Assembly (NCBI RefSeq): GCF_035084215.1
Contig: NC_090328.1
Coordinates: 105,896,001 to 105,960,000 of the forward strand
DNA length: 64,000 nucleotides
Source of the DNA: Heptranchias perlo
Taxonomy: Eukaryota
Direction: 5' to 3'
Positions 1-13,389 of the stretch are shown piece after piece. The notes under the pieces are model-generated. The model was not told the DNA's origin, ran no database searches, and worked only from the letters and a program-made list of their open reading frames with translations. Within the stretch, counting starts at the first letter, position 1. The number at the start of each line of letters is the position of its first letter. The translations under genes and the position numbers were made by a program.

Positions 1-373
1 TATCTTGGACAGATGACATCATGGGACTAATATCGTTAAGCTACAGAAGCAAATATGCTTCAGAAAGGTATATAAACTGAAGCACTGCCCCACTAAGGTT
101 AGAAGCAGCTTCTGGGGCAACAGAGGCCAACACACCCTACGATACCAGGCCTGATCAGCTTGAAATTTCCTAGGGACAGGTTGTACCATCCTTGTTTATT
201 TGATATAACTGTATTAGAACGTTGTTATATAAATATTTGTTGTTTGGTATAACCCCATTAGAACATTGTTCTTGTGTCTATAATAAAGCTTGCATGTTCA
301 GTCACACTTGGGCCCAAATCATTGTGGAAGTTATTATTAAGAAGGATTAACAATCCTTGGTACATTAATAACA
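1..373 (+). mobile_element. 3' part of an LTR (family A), truncated by window start
   Basis: Clearly homologous to the reverse complement of 25472-25855; TATA-like TATAAA near 70, AATAAA at 282-287, ends ...AATAACA. Confidence 0.7.
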
Positions 374-1877
374 GCACATTTCCAACAATGGAGGAAGGAG
401 GCTTTCATGTCAACAGCTTAATGTGGCTTTGAGTTGAGATTCTAGCATGGACCGAACAGTAGTCTTCCAACACATCACAAAGTCCCTCAAGTGTCTAGAA
501 TATTTCTTTTTGTTTATGCACATACATCCTGCAATGTAAACAGGAAGAATATCTGAAACAGATGTGCTAGTCAACTATTTTCCACATCGATAATTGTTCA
601 AAATGAAAAGCCTACGTGAAGGGCTAAGACCCATTGTACAAGACACCAAGGTTGAAAAGAGTACAAGAGATTGCAGGGTAAATTGCAGTTAGACGACACC
701 AAGCTTGTGTTTGAGAATGCTATGCTATGAAGTCCAGTACTGAAATATACCCTTGACACAACCAAAATTCATTGCTTCAATGTAAAATTACTAAACACAA
801 ACATTTAGTTTTTATTTCAGCATGCTTCATGTGTACACGAATGTAGAATTCTGACCACTCCTACTGTAACAAACTAGAAAACAAATTCAGATAACTCTGA
901 TTGAACAGTAATCCATGTTTCAAAAGACCTCCTCCAAGGAATCACTCTTATGAATGATATTTCATTGCTTACAGTACCGTCTCCTGGTACCAACCAAATA
1001 TACCAGGCTAATGAGAACCAATGTAGATTGGATTTCTTGCTCTTGATTTCTGGGAATAATTAATCCATTAGTACTTCTAGGGCAGGCATTGTCAATATGA
1101 TTTTATACTTCTGTTTGTTGAGGACAGTTCAATAAAAAAACTATATATTAAAATAAACCAATTGATTTCTCTGCCATCTTTAGAATTTCTTCTAATGATT
1201 GGTCCAGTCAGTTGCTGTCGACATAAACACTACCTGACAAACCAATCAGGCTCCACTAATCTGTTGTAAAAGTGAAGCAGATACTGTAGAGAAAATCTAT
1301 TGAGCAGTGAATAGTTTTAGGACTTTTACTAAAGCACTGATTGCCCCAATCGAATTAGATTCAGCTTGATCCCTCAGTCTTTTCAAGTTGTGGAACCATA
1401 AATATGTAAACATTAGGTTTTCATTTGTGTAATGTTAAAACCTTTCTTTATGCCACAATTATAAATTGTAGAGCCTATTTTTTTAAATGAATATATAAAC
1501 ACAGCAACCAATTGCACTGCTGGTTTCTAAAACTCAAATTTTGGTGGTATTTTGTGCACCAGATGAAGTGACATAGTTCTATTATGGAATTGCACTCAGC
1601 TGTGTTTCTAAATGCCCCTAAATGTTTTAAAAGGTGCACCTTACCTGTGTCTCTCAGTCACTTTTCATCTTATGCTTTAAACTGCTGACTGTGGAAAGCC
1701 AGAGAGCGGCCATTTTGTGCAGGTTCCTCCTGATGTGACATCACAATGACATTACCAGTGTGGGATGCTGTCCCTCGTCCAATAATGTCACAGAACAGCA
1801 ACACTGAGGGTCATGTACAAGCAAACAAATATTTACCTTTATATCATTTAGGGTTATGTCACAATTCATGAAAGTGT

Positions 1878-2643
1878 GGCCCAGAATTTGCTGAAGCGGG
1901 GTAACTCGTGATGTGCCCCGTTTGTTAGATTTATTTCCTCATCCTTCAGCTTGAATATAATTTGCGCCTCAAATTTCTGGAAGTGCGAGCTGTAAAACGG
2001 CACAGCGAGGTCAACAGGGCATCTGGGACCTTGGTGAATGATGGGCCCAACAATCTATCTCCTTAACCCATGAGTTTTAAGGATAGAGAAACAAAACAAA
2101 GGAACAACAGAGAAGAAAATAGGGTGAATTAGAGTCAAATTAGATACAGAAAGAGAACTAAAGAGAGCGAAAGAAAGATTGGATTATGAGAGAGAGAAAA
2201 AGAGCCAGAAATGAAAAGTAAGAAGAAAAATTTTAAAATTTTAAATTTTAACTATCTGTTGAGGAACAATTTGCTACCTGTAGGAATGAGACTCTGCAGT
2301 TTCAATTGTTCCCTTTCTGGGTCGGGGGGATTGAGTGTCATTGCATGACCATAAATCAAGTCATGAAAAGGGTCTTTACGTCGTAAGTACCAGCCATAAC
2401 TTTCTGCGATGAGTTTAATTGGTAATTAATTCGCAAATGCAGCAATTTCTTGACACTCACAGGGAGGTTGTCGATGAGCTCCTGTTTTCATGAAGCCAAC
2501 GGCAGAGCAACGCAAATCATCCAGCAATTTGTGGCGATTCGCAACTCACAGGGTATTTCTTCCTCACCACAAATTGCTGAGTTTTTTACACAGTAGTAAC
2601 GGCATGCACATTAAACTCGTTATTTTCCCAGCAAATTCTTCTT
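1878..2643. mobile_element. Non-autonomous DNA transposon (MITE, Harbinger-like)
   Basis: TIR GGCCCAGAATTTGCTG ... CAGCAAATTCT; homologous along its length to the inverted copy at 58011-58772. Confidence 0.7.
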
Positions 2644-2963
2644 TCAACACAAAAATGCATAGGAAATCTAAAATGACATTTTGACACACTAACATTTTTT
2701 TTAAAATTAGTTTGTTTGGAAATGCAGAGGATCTGAGGCAGAACAATTGCCCCCAGTTCATTTACAAGCCATAAAACACTGATCAAGCAGCACGATCATT
2801 CAAACTCTGCCTCCCTTCACAATCTCAGCTGGTTGGCAAATTTATTTGGTTTAATAACCTGCTGCAAGCTGTGACATGATCGCTCTGTACTGACAAGCTA
2901 ATCTGAAGCCATCATACCAATGCTTCTTACAGCCTTGGAATGCCTCAGCAGACAATAGTCATC

Positions 2964-3683
2964 GGCTCTGATTTTAACTCCCCCCGCCACGCAGAAAGCT
3001 AGCATGGGGGCAGTTAAACTGAGGGCAGGGACATATCCACTGTGATCCCGCTACCTTCCTGTCGTGTCCCGATGTTATCCTGTTCTTTTGAGCAGGTGAG
3101 CATGACACCCGCAGGAAGGCAGCATGGTCCTTCCTTAAATATGCAGATCGGGTCTCGATGATTGACTGCAATTTTAGACCAAGGCCTGAGCGAAGGAGCA
3201 GCAATGGCTTTCTCATCAGGCCAGACCTTCCGGGAGGCGGAAGTGGGTCAGAAGAGGCCCAGGCAGGTAAGTTTAAACATTTTAGGTTTTCTTGCGGGCC
3301 AGGAGGGGCAGGAATGCTCCTCCAGGCCTCACAAGGAAGCCTTGAGCCTCCCTTATCCTGGACTTCCTCCACCACCCCCCGCCGAATCGCCTTCACCCCC
3401 TCCCCCGATCGCCTTCACCCCACTTCCCTAATCGTCTTTAACACCACCTCTTGCCACTTAACTGACTATCGGGGAACAATCTCACAAGTCCCCGGCTGTG
3501 GCCTGCTGCCTGCAATCTTCCACTCCCACCCACCGGCCAGGGAGTGCACGCCCTATCTTTGGGCGAGACTCCAATGAAAGCTATGGTAATGAGACCGGCC
3601 GTTAAGATCAGCCGGGCCGCCATGTCCACAAGCTCTCCTGGAGCACCACTCACCATACCTGCTCCCTCTTTAAAACCTGGGCC
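2964..3683. mobile_element. Non-autonomous Harbinger-type element
   Basis: Imperfect TIRs GGCTCTGATTTTAA / TTAAAACCTGGGCC; 3-bp TSD ATC at 2961-2963 and 3684-3686. Confidence 0.75.
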
Positions 3684-3780
3684 ATCTTATCTACAACTTT
3701 CTTTGCTACTCAAGCCCACCTCAGGAACTTCTGGCACTACATGAAGGCACGATTGGGCTATAATTGGCAGCAAACACAAT

Positions 3781-3904
3781 GGGGTAGAAATATGTCTTGG
3801 GCAGTAGAGCAAAACGAGCAATACTGAACCGACAGCTCGATTTACACTCCGCCCGATTCGTTACCACCTGTTTTGTGTTACCAGCCATGCCAAATTTCTA
3901 CCCC
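3781..3904. mobile_element. Short Harbinger/Tourist-type MITE
   Basis: Perfect 11-bp TIR GGGGTAGAAAT / ATTTCTACCCC, 3-bp TSD AAT; a related left end occurs near 34324. Confidence 0.75.
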
Positions 3905-3944
3905 AATATTCCACAGTTGGCGTCCTCCTTCCTATGGATCCATA

Positions 3945-4596
3945 GGGGCTGATTTTCTTGATTACCCATGCCTGGGGGCTGAACAAATGCAGTGTGTTCA
4001 TAACTTTGCCTGTCCAGACCTCAGTATGCCCAAATTTCAGTGAGCTGGATTATTTTGAATTGCCTATTCACTCCCCTAGTGCAGACTTATCTCTGGCGGG
4101 CCTGGTGCCTGGAACTGGGGGAGGAAAGTTAGTCTTTGCTGCAGGCCTTTTGGCGTCTGTCCAAAAATAGTAGCCAGAAGGCCTCCAGCCAATCCCTGGC
4201 CCAGTGTCCCTGATAAGCAGAGAAAGGTACTTGCCTGCAGGGCTGCCGCCTATACCCCTACAATCCTCTGATCGGGAAGGAGTTGGTGCAAGGCATTAAG
4301 GCTTATATTTTCTGGGCACTTCTCTAAATGGGCACCTGGCAGGTGACCCAAAAGGAAAATGAAACTGGAGGCCCGTCAATGAATACCCCCACCTCATTTG
4401 AATGAATGCTCTTATCCTGTGCCAGTTGCAGGTGCAGGTCTGCACCTCCTCAGGGAGAAGTTCCACAAATTCTGGACCAATGTCAAGTGGGGGGAGAGTA
4501 GAGTAGCTCAGCTTCGCAGGACTCCAGCCCTATTTCCTCTGCTTAACGCCCAGGAATAAATGTTCCTCGAGCGCTAATTACAGGGAAATCAGCCCC
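3945..4596. mobile_element. Non-autonomous Harbinger-type element
   Basis: TIR GGGGCTGATTT / AAATCAGCCCC; flanks ATA/GTA (imperfect 3-bp TSD). Confidence 0.65.
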
Positions 4597-4944
4597 GTAC
4601 AGTCCCACAGGTATGTGGCAGCAACATGTTCTCAAGTTCAAGAAGAACTGTACAGAAGTTGTGAAGATAAAAGGCACTCAGTCGATATTTATATAGCAGA
4701 CTCTTGCATTGCAGTCCTATTATTTTATCATCACAAAAGAAAGTGATCAAAAAATGTATACATTTTTTAAAGATTACAGCAATGAAGAACATTCTTTCTC
4801 ATTTTCATTCCCCATGTCTTCTGAATGCTGCAGTTACACTGGATGTACTGTTTGAGACCATCACCTGTTTTTTTAGTGCGGTGCCAGCGAGTTATACTGC
4901 TGGCTGCGCACCATTCTCAAATCAGAGGAAAGCACAACACACAC

Positions 4945-5185
4945 ACAAATACAAACATACGAAAAATGACAGACGGGATAGGAACTACTGGTCCATCCAG
5001 CCTGTCTCACACAGTTGTAATGCCATAAGCATCACAATATATACACTCCCCACCCTACCATATAATCTTCTGGTAGAGGCAAAAAAACAGATTAAAAACC
5101 CAGGCGAATTAGGGGGGAAAACTGTACAATTCCTCTCCTACCCCCTTAGGCAATCAAAACTAATCCAGGAGAGCACGCTGGGCTT
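4945..5185 (-). mobile_element. LINE 3' end fragment (CR1/L2 group)
   Basis: Resembles a LINE 3' UTR with short terminal repeat (reads TTCGTATGTTTGT on minus strand). Confidence 0.4.
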
Positions 5186-5634
5186 GACGAAATGCTAACC
5201 AGGAGCTGAATGTTTTATTGTCACGACAGATTGAGCTCTTTGCTAATATTAGATGGATAAAGTCACTCCAGGAGACCTTCTGGGAATGTCATAAAATTTA
5301 ATTTTAAAGTTTAAGGTGTTGATTTTGTAGCAGTTGAAGTTATACCTCAGCTTTTGTGGAGGCCGAGTAATATCAGAACCGCTCAAGGTGGTGTTACACA
5401 CCAAGTCAAATCATGGACATTGTTCTGACTAAATGTCTCAAGCCAAAACCTATCTTCTCTCTTTTTGGATGCTTCTAGACCTACCATGTACTTTCCAACA
5501 GTGCCTCTTTATCCGCAAATTCACACCAGTCTCGCTGCATATCTTATTCTGCCGCATCTCTGAAACCATTTCACAATGATACAATTATACAGTGTTACAG
5601 CCCTGTAAGGCTACAGTTTTAAGTATGTCATTAA

Positions 5635-5894
5635 GAACACTAAGCTCTGAGATGAGGAGAACTTTTTTTTTAACGCAGCGAGTTGTAATGATCTGCAATG
5701 CACTACCTGAAAGGGTGATGGAAGCAGATTCAATAGTAACTTTCAAAAAGGAAATTGGATAAGTATTTAAAAAGGAAACATTTTCAGGGCTATGAAGAAA
5801 GAGCAGGGGAGTGGGACAAATTGGATAGCTCTTTCAAAGAGCTGGCACAGGTATGATGGGCTGAATGGCCTCCTGTGCAGTATGATTCTATGAT
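5635..5894 (+). mobile_element. CR1 LINE 3' end
   Basis: Degraded ORF2 end (RRNFFTQRVV..NALP-like) and GGCTGAATGGCCTCCT...GATTCTATGAT tail. Confidence 0.85.
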
Positions 5895-5975
5895 ATTGTT
5901 TTACAGTCATTGTGCCTTTCTAAAATAAACCGTATAAATTGCTGTTTTGTTTGTTCCAGTACAAAGTGTTTATGC

Positions 5976-7032
5976 TGAAGGGATTCGCAAAATTTCACAT
6001 GTTCCCCCCACCCCGAAGATTTATTGGAGTTATTAAAGAAACCCTGGTGTGACTGTTTTAAAAAATCCAAGGTCTCTCAAAATGGCTGCAGTCAGACACA
6101 TGGCCAAGGACCGGCAGATTTGAAATTGCATTTTTCAACAACTTGGCAGGTTTCGTGTCTAGACAGGTTTCTTTAAACAATGCAGCTGCTTTCTAGCCCT
6201 GAGGCAAGCTATCAACATGGCCGGTCAACACATCAAAATTCGAGCAGGAAGTGATCGCAGGACAAAAGGTGAACCATCAAGGTACATTCGGAACAATGGT
6301 AAAGCAGTTAGCAAACAGATCGATACCGGAAATGGCCATTAATGTAAATGGGCCAGAGATGGGGTCCTTTGTCTTACGTTTCGTGCTTAAAATCAAACAA
6401 TGAAGCAAGCTGATAAGGTATGAAAAAACCTGTTACCAAGAGGGTATAACTGAAGCTGCCCAGTATATTTCTGGCTAGTAGTAGGAGTAGTAGCTGCTCT
6501 CTTCGCCTCTTGGCCCTGTCCTGTCTGTCTGCTAGCAACTAAGAAGGAAGCCATCCAGTAAACTTCGCAACCACATGTCGACGGCAGCAGCAGGCACAGG
6601 GGCCAGGCCTTTTCATCTGTTTTCACCGGTGAGCATTAATTTTCTGGCTGCCACAAGACAACCTAGCATAAGTGTAAGGTTGGGGGTTAAGGGATATTGC
6701 TAAACTTGTGATTTTAGAATTTTCCCTCGATGTGTCTGTTTCTTTCAACCCGATAAGTGTAAGACTGTATTACATCCATAGCGATTTCTTTATCTTCTGT
6801 ATTATACTGTTTACCTTGTAGTTTTAGTTTTCTTATTAATAAACATTGGTTTTCCTTGTACCAATCCACTGGTCTGTTTGTCTGTCTTTGTTACCACTCG
6901 ATAAGTCCTCAGCTCAGAATCAGGAAGGGGTAAGCGATTCGCAACCACACTGCGGGCAGGGCAGCTCAGGAAAAACATAACTGGCTGACCTATTATAAGC
7001 CCGAGAAACAGTAAAAAAAGAAACCCCTTACA
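5976..7032 (+). mobile_element. Solo LTR (family B, 1057 bp)
   Basis: TGAAGGG...CCCTTACA termini, exact 4-bp TSD ATGC (5972-5975, 7033-7036), TATA-like TATAAC at 6445, AATAAA at 6838; related to 17104-18147. Confidence 0.85.
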
Positions 7033-7210
7033 ATGCTGCATGGTGAGTATGAATGAAGAAAATTTTGAACCTGGCCCTATCCAAATTAAACTGGTTTTGG
7101 TTTATTTTCTGAAAATAGATTTGACCCAATATGGGTACTTTGGGGTTTGCTTGTCCGTTTGAAAAATATGGAGTATAATTTTAGCCCAGAGCCAGGAAGG
7201 GGGCGTCGAA

Positions 7211-8290
7211 TTTTTTTTTTTATATTCGTTCATGGGATGTGGGCGTCGCTGGCGAGGCCAGCATTTATTGCCCATCCCTAATTGCCCTCAAGAAGGTGGT
7301 GGTGAGCCGCCTTCTTGAACCGCTGTAGTCCGTGTGGTGACGGTTCTCCCACAGTGCTGTTAGGAAGGCAGTTCCAGAATTTTGACCCGGAGACAATGAA
7401 GGAACGGCGATATATTTCCAAGTCGGGATGGTGTGTGCTTTGGAGGGGAACGTGCAGGTGGTGTTGTTCCCATGTGCCTGCTGCTCTTGTCCTTCTAGGT
7501 GGTAGAGGTCGCGGGTTTGGGAGGTGCTGTCGAAGAAGCCTTGGTGAGTTGCTGCAGTGCATCCTGTGGATGGTACACACTGCAGCCACAGTGCGCCGGT
7601 GGTGAAGGGAGTGAATGTTTAGGGTGGTGGATGGGGTGCCAATCAAGCGGGCTGCTTTATCTTGGATGGTGTCGAGCTTCTTGAGTGTTGTTGCAGCTGC
7701 ACTCATCCAAGCAAGTGGAGAGTATTCCATCAACTCCTGACTTGTGCCTTGTAGATGGTGGAAAGGCTTTGGGGAGTCAAGAGGTGAGTCACTCGCCGCA
7801 GAATACCCAGCCTCTGACCTGCTCTCGTAGCCACAGTATTTATATGGCTGGTCCAGTTAAGTTTCTGGTCAATGGTGACCTCCAGGATGTTGATGGTGGG
7901 GGATTCGGTGATGGTAATGTCGTTGAATGTCACGGAGAGGTGGTTAGACTCTTTCTTGTTGGAGATGGTCATTACCTGACACTTATCTGGCGCGAATGTT
8001 ACTTGCCACTTATCAGCCCAAGCCTGGATGTTGTCCAGGTCTTGCTGCATGCGGGCTCGGACTGCTTCATTATTTGAGGGGTTGCGAATGGAACTGAACA
8101 CTGTGCAGTCATCAGCGAACATCCCCATTTCTGACCTTATGATGGAGGGAAGGTCATTGATGAAGCAGCTGAAGATGGTTGGGCCTAGGACACTGCCCTG
8201 AGGAACTCCTGCAGCAATGCCCTGGGGCTGAGATGATTGGCCTCCAACAACCACTACCATCTTCCTTTGTGCTAGGTATGACTCCAGCCA
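7211..8290 (-). mobile_element. 5'-truncated CR1-group (Zenon-like) LINE, RT C-terminal half
   Basis: ORFs 7730-8305 ([14 protein letters not shown]) and 7278-7733 (ends KKAAHHHLLEGN), one frameshift between them, poly(A) tail seen as T-run at 7211. Confidence 0.93.
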
Positions 8291-8564
8291 GGACAGGAAA
8301 TTCAAAGGACGGGTTTCCCAGATGTCCTTACAATTTTAACTTAAGGACGTCATTTTCTCTTGATGGTTTCCCGCCCAATTGGCCAACATGATTGACAGGC
8401 TGGCCTCAGTCGGGTGGGAGAAGAGCAAGGAAGAGGTAAATGTTCAGTTAAGTCTTAGATTGAATGGATGGGCGGGGTGGGGGGGGCAGGGATGAGGGGA
8501 CATCGGGGGCAACAGCAGGCATGGGGACATCGGGGGCATCTGTAGGCATGGGGCATCGGCGGGC

Positions 8565-9060
8565 ATGGGGGTGTCACCGGGGGGAGTTAGTCATTCGAGG
8601 TCAGTCATTGGCAGGGAGGGGGGGAGTTGGTCATCGGCGGTCAATCATTGGGGGTCAGTCATCAGGGGGTTCAGTCATCGGGGGGACAGTCATCCCGGGG
8701 TCAGTCATCGGGGGGGAGTTAGGCATCAGAGGGGGGGGGTCAGTCATCGGGGGATCAGTCATGAGGGGTCAGTCGTCGGGTGGTTGATCACCGGGGGTCA
8801 GTCATCGAGGGTCAGTCATCGGGTGTCAGTCATCGGGGGTCAGTCACTGGGGGGGGGGGGGGGTTCAGTCATTAGGGGTCGGTCATTGGAGGGGGGAGTT
8901 AGTCATCGATAGTCAGTCATCAGGAGGGGTATCGCAGCTCATCGGGGGTGGGGAGTTAATGATTGAGAGTCAGTCATTGGGAGGTGGATCGGGGGTCATC
9001 GGGGTGGGGGGGAGGATTGGGAGTCAGTCACCTGGGGGGGGGGGTGGGATCGCAGGTCAT
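8565..9060. repeat. G-rich minisatellite, unit ~GGGGGTCAGTCATC
   Basis: More than 20 degenerate units of TCAGTCATC/TTAGTCATC separated by G-runs. Confidence 0.85.
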
Positions 9061-10167
9061 CTTGGGGGTAGCAATCCCTTGTCAGGGGCACGATCATTGT
9101 GAGGGGGTTCACGATGGTTGGGGAGGGGCTCAACGATCTTTGGGGGGGGGGAGTTGCTGCAGGTAGGCTTGTTGGGCCTGGGGGAAGCACTCCTGCTCCT
9201 CCGGGCCCACAAGCTGTGATGTAAAGGCACTTACCTGCAGTTTCGGGCCTTCTCACCTTCTCTTACGTGGCGGGAGGGAGAAGGCCCCAGAATCCCAGCC
9301 CCCCGGGGTTAAAATCTTAAAACCTGAAAAAAAAGGAGGCCTGCAGCCTCCTTGAAAGGTTTTAGTCACCAACCCGGCTACTGAGAGCGGGTTGGTTGCC
9401 CACCCCTCATCCCGCCCCTGTGAAAACCGGAAATGGGCGGGTTGGGAGCGAGTTTGAAATTGCTGCAATTTTTAATGACCCCCCCGCCCCCAACAACCCA
9501 CCCATTTTCCAGGCTAAAGTCATGCCCATTGTGTCGTCATGCAAAAAAAAAGTCATATCTCCAATGTTGTGGTAGTGTTCAATGAGTGGCTGCAATCTGA
9601 AGTGACAGCATCAAAGCAATCCATCGTGGGGAGATGATGTGGCTTGATAGTGCATCGACCCTCGATAATTTAGAGAGCGAGCTTTGTCATTGGTAAATGC
9701 TAAGTGAAGAACAGGCCCAACAAACATAACCATAATAGGGTTTCAGAAACAAATCACTATTTCAAACAATAACATTCATCTGGTTCGTGTTATATCTAAT
9801 CTGATCCCAGGTAATGTGGTAGAAGGAGGACTGTGTGACCTGGAATTAGTTATGTTAACATGAATATCATGTCTGATATAGTCACAAGCAAAGTGACATG
9901 TCAGAAAGGAGTATGTAAAACTCCTCACAAACAGGATGGTCACAATATTCAAAGAAATGGCTGTAATAACAGTGTTTGGCTTCCATCTCATTTGAAAGGG
10001 AGTTTATAAAGAGTTGGACGGACCAAGCACAGTTTGAGCCAACAATTCAATGTGAGCTTATATATTGGACATTGGGCTGGGGCTGTTATGAGACTGGGAC
10101 AAAGTCGAGATAGTGGCTATGTGATGGGAAGTCTTGGGATACAATTTCATGGTAGCATTCTTCCTCC

Positions 10168-10437
10168 GGGGGCAGGTTTTGCGTGGATGTCAATCCGCCC
10201 CCCCCAACATTAGGACCACGGTGGAATTTTAACCAGTGAGCGAGTGGAGCAGGAGAATAGGTTAAAATGCTATTGGGGTCTTAATGTCATTATAGGACCC
10301 CGATTTGCATCTAAAGAAAAAGGCCGAGTTCAAGCAGCGGGTGGGAATGGGGCGGAAATGAGGTGGTAAGTTTTTGGAGGCAATTTTAACTTCACAGCTT
10401 CCTGTTCCTACCAGGCAGAGCAGGCTAAAATTGCCCC
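10168..10437. mobile_element. Short Harbinger-type MITE
   Basis: GGGGCAGGTTTT ... AAAATTGCCCC inverted ends. Confidence 0.45.
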
Positions 10438-10883
10438 TCTGGGTCAGAAAGTCATAGATTAAGTCCCACTCCAAAGACTTGAGCGTGCAATCTACATTGA
10501 CACTTCAGTCACTACTGAGGGAGTGCTGTATTGTCAGAGGTGCCATCTTTCAGATGAGAGGCCCCGTCTGCCCTCTCAGTTGATGCATAAGATCCTATAG
10601 CGCTATTCGAAGAAGAGCAGGGGAGTTCTCCCCAGTATCCTTGTCAATATTTATCCCTCAACTAAGAGCAGGGGAGTTCTCCTGATATTCATCCCTCAAC
10701 CAACACCAACAAAAACAGATTATCTGGCCATTCATATCATTGCTGTTTGTGGGATGGCACTGTGCACAAATCGCTTACAAAAACAACAGTGACTGCACTT
10801 CAAAAGTACTTAAATGCTTGTAAAACACTTTGGAACATCCTGAGGATGTGAAAGGCACTATATAAATGCAGGTTCTTTCTTTT
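10438..10883 (+). mobile_element. DeuSINE (SacSINE1/AmnSINE1-like), 5' truncated
   Basis: Deu-domain-like core (TACTGAGGGAGTGCTG...GAAGAGCAGGGGAGTTCTCC) and L2-type tail TATATAAATGCA..(CTTT)n; several homologues in the window. Confidence 0.85.
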
Positions 10884-11391
10884 CTCCCCATCATGCATTC
10901 TGATTATACAAAACATTAATTGTATGTCATTAAAATTTAAATGATAAATATTCATTTTAAATGGAATCTGAATCATTGCCTGGTTTCAGATCCCACCCTC
11001 CCAATTAAAATATAAATTTTCCCTTCTTTTAAATAATCCATGCTTTTCCCACAGCTCTGACCTGGAACTGAGCAAAGTGGAGATTGAATCTAAACTCACC
11101 TTCAGTACTGTGTATTGATGCTGCACCACTCAACACCACTGATCTGCCCGAACAGATTGCTTCAGGGATGGGCTGTTGTATTATATTCTCAAGTAAGGCA
11201 GGTAGACAGTGGGCCACACCAAAATCACCATGAAAAGCAAATCAATATCTGAAAAAATTAAATTCATCTGGTTTGTGTTCATTCTAATCACTAAGGCAAA
11301 ATAAATGATTTATTGGTTTGCTTTTAAATCATTGTAAATTTGCAGCTCTGTTACATCTTTCCATCAAACCGAATGAGACACATTATGATCT

Positions 11392-11552
11392 GGGTACAGT
11401 AGCCCAGTGCTAATGGTATGACCTAGCAATCCAGAGTTCAAATCCCACCATGGCAAGTTGGGAAATTGAATTCATTAAAGCTGGTGAGTTATGTCTGACA
11501 CTATTCAAAATAACCATGAAATCTGCTGGAGTGCCATAAATTCCGACTGGCT
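11392..11552 (+). mobile_element. tRNA-derived SINE, 5' fragment (family of 41645-42094)
   Basis: GGGTACAGTAGCCCAGTG head (A box) and GAGTTCAAATCCC (B box). Confidence 0.65.
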
Positions 11553-11559
11553 TTAAAAT

Positions 11560-11750
11560 AAAAATTCTTACGGATGCTGGAAATCTGAAAAACAAAAAGC
11601 AGACAAAGCTGAAAATACTCAGCAGGTCAGGCAGCATCTGTGGAGAAACAGATACCAGTCAGTCAATGTATCAGGTCTAAGGACCCATCCTTAGATGACC
11701 TCTGTTTCTCCACAGATGCTGCCTGACCTGCTGAGTATTTCCAGGTTTTA
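11560..11750. mobile_element. Penelope-like 3' ends in inverted arrangement
   Basis: ~40-bp near-perfect inverted arms (AAATACTCAGCAGGTCAGGCAGCATCTGTGGAGAAACAGA and its complement), homologous to 28167-28240. Confidence 0.7.
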
Positions 11751-12493
11751 AAATACTTTCAACTAGAATTAATCCTCTGCAAGGCAAGCCCAGACACAAG
11801 AATATTATCAGGTAGCCGTAACAGACTGGATTCAATGTGCAACCATAAATGATTCTTTTCACACTGATCCTAGGTGGAAATTATCCCATCATTAGGCTCA
11901 GACCAGATTTCATTAAAAAGTATGTTTGGGGGACAGACGTCATTAAAAAAAATTGGTGCACCTCTTTAGTTTGATTTTGAGCAATCCATCAAAATCCATC
12001 AAAATCCATCACTGCATTGGAAACAAATAGCATTAAATCACTTGCATGTACAGCTCTGCCAACTTTCCTCTCAACTCTGCTGTTCTTCTTTAACACAAGA
12101 TCAGACGGGGCATTGAGCAAATGCTTTCATCCCCTCACACATGTTTGGAGAGGTTCCTACCATTCTCTCTATCACTCACCTGCATTTGACTTGCTTACAA
12201 TAAATCTAAGCTTTCACATTTTCCTTTATTTCCTTTCAATTCCGTTTTCACTCTTTTCCCACTCATGAGCACATTGAATAGCGTCAATTTGTCTGGTAAA
12301 GTGGGTATAATAATAAGGGGACTTTGTTGTACAATGAGCATTTCATAGAGTTTTCCATGCAAAAGAAAGAATATTAATGTATGCACTGTCTGACAGGCTA
12401 ACAGGCACAGATAAATGCTATGCATGCTAAAACTGTTCTAACACTGCCACCATATGGAATGAATAGAGCATAACACCTTCAGGCTAGGTATAG

Positions 12494-12957
12494 AAGGAAA
12501 AGAAATAACTTGCATTTATATAGCATCTTTCACAACCTCAGGACGTCCCAAAGCACTTCACAGCCAATTAAGTACTTTTCTTGAAGTGTAGTCACTGTTG
12601 TAAAGTGGCAGCCGATTTGCACGTAGCAAGGTCCCACAAACAGCAATGAGATGATGGCTCGATAATCTGTTTTTAGCAATGTTGGTGGAGGGATAAATAT
12701 TAGCAAGAACACCAGGGAGAACTCCCCTGATCTTCTTCAAATAGTGCCATGGGATCTTTTATGTCCACCTGAGAGGGCAGATGGGGCTTCAGTTTAATGT
12801 CTCATCTGAAAGACAGCACCTCTGACATTGCAGTACTCCCCCAGTACTGCACTGAAGTGTCAGCCTGGACTACATGCTCAAGTCTTTGGAGTGGGGCTTG
12901 AACCCACAAACTTCTGACTCAGAGGCAAGAGTGCTACCACTGAGTCATGGCTAACAC
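12494..12957 (-). mobile_element. DeuSINE, full length
   Basis: tRNA-like head (GGCT..TGACTCAGTGGTAGC A box; GGTTCAAGCCC B box), Deu core, L2-like tail. Confidence 0.9.
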
Positions 12958-13389
12958 GGTATAAATGGCCTCGTACTTCAATCAGCACCACAGATACCTC
13001 AAGGGTCAAGCAACAAGATTGGAGTTCTTTTAAAATCACTTTCAAACCCCCTGATGTCTCATTGACTCATACTCTTGTGGCAGGGCTTCCCAAAGCCAAC
13101 TCAAAGTGTCCATATTGGGTCAAATCTATTTTCAAATTTGGTACCAGCCCGTATCAATGAGAAAAATTCCATGTCAATCCTTGGTCTTCTAGCTGATCGC
13201 AGATAGGGTGGATGAGGCTGCAGCTATGGGTTAGGCAGGGTGAAAAAGATACAACAAGGGTTTCTGTCATCAATTGCTTTAGGAAAGCGTGTTTGCACTC
13301 AGTAAATACAGTTTCGGCTCAGCTTTGAGGTGCCCATAATCGAATAGCCCGCTGCAATCACTGACTAGGCCTAATGAAGAATGGACATC

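Larger units (their letters stand above)
7171..9527. mobile_element. Non-autonomous Harbinger-type element containing a nested LINE and a minisatellite
   Basis: TIRs GAGTATAATTTTAGCC / GGCTAAAGTCATGCCC; interior motifs shared with 2964-3683 and 39487-40155. Confidence 0.6.

Noticed and set aside
4704-5198. 164-aa ORF
   Set aside because: No domain similarity; its second half overlaps an antisense LINE 3' end.
8464-9166. Gly-rich ORFs (GGSVIGG repeats)
   Set aside because: Translation of the G-rich minisatellite.
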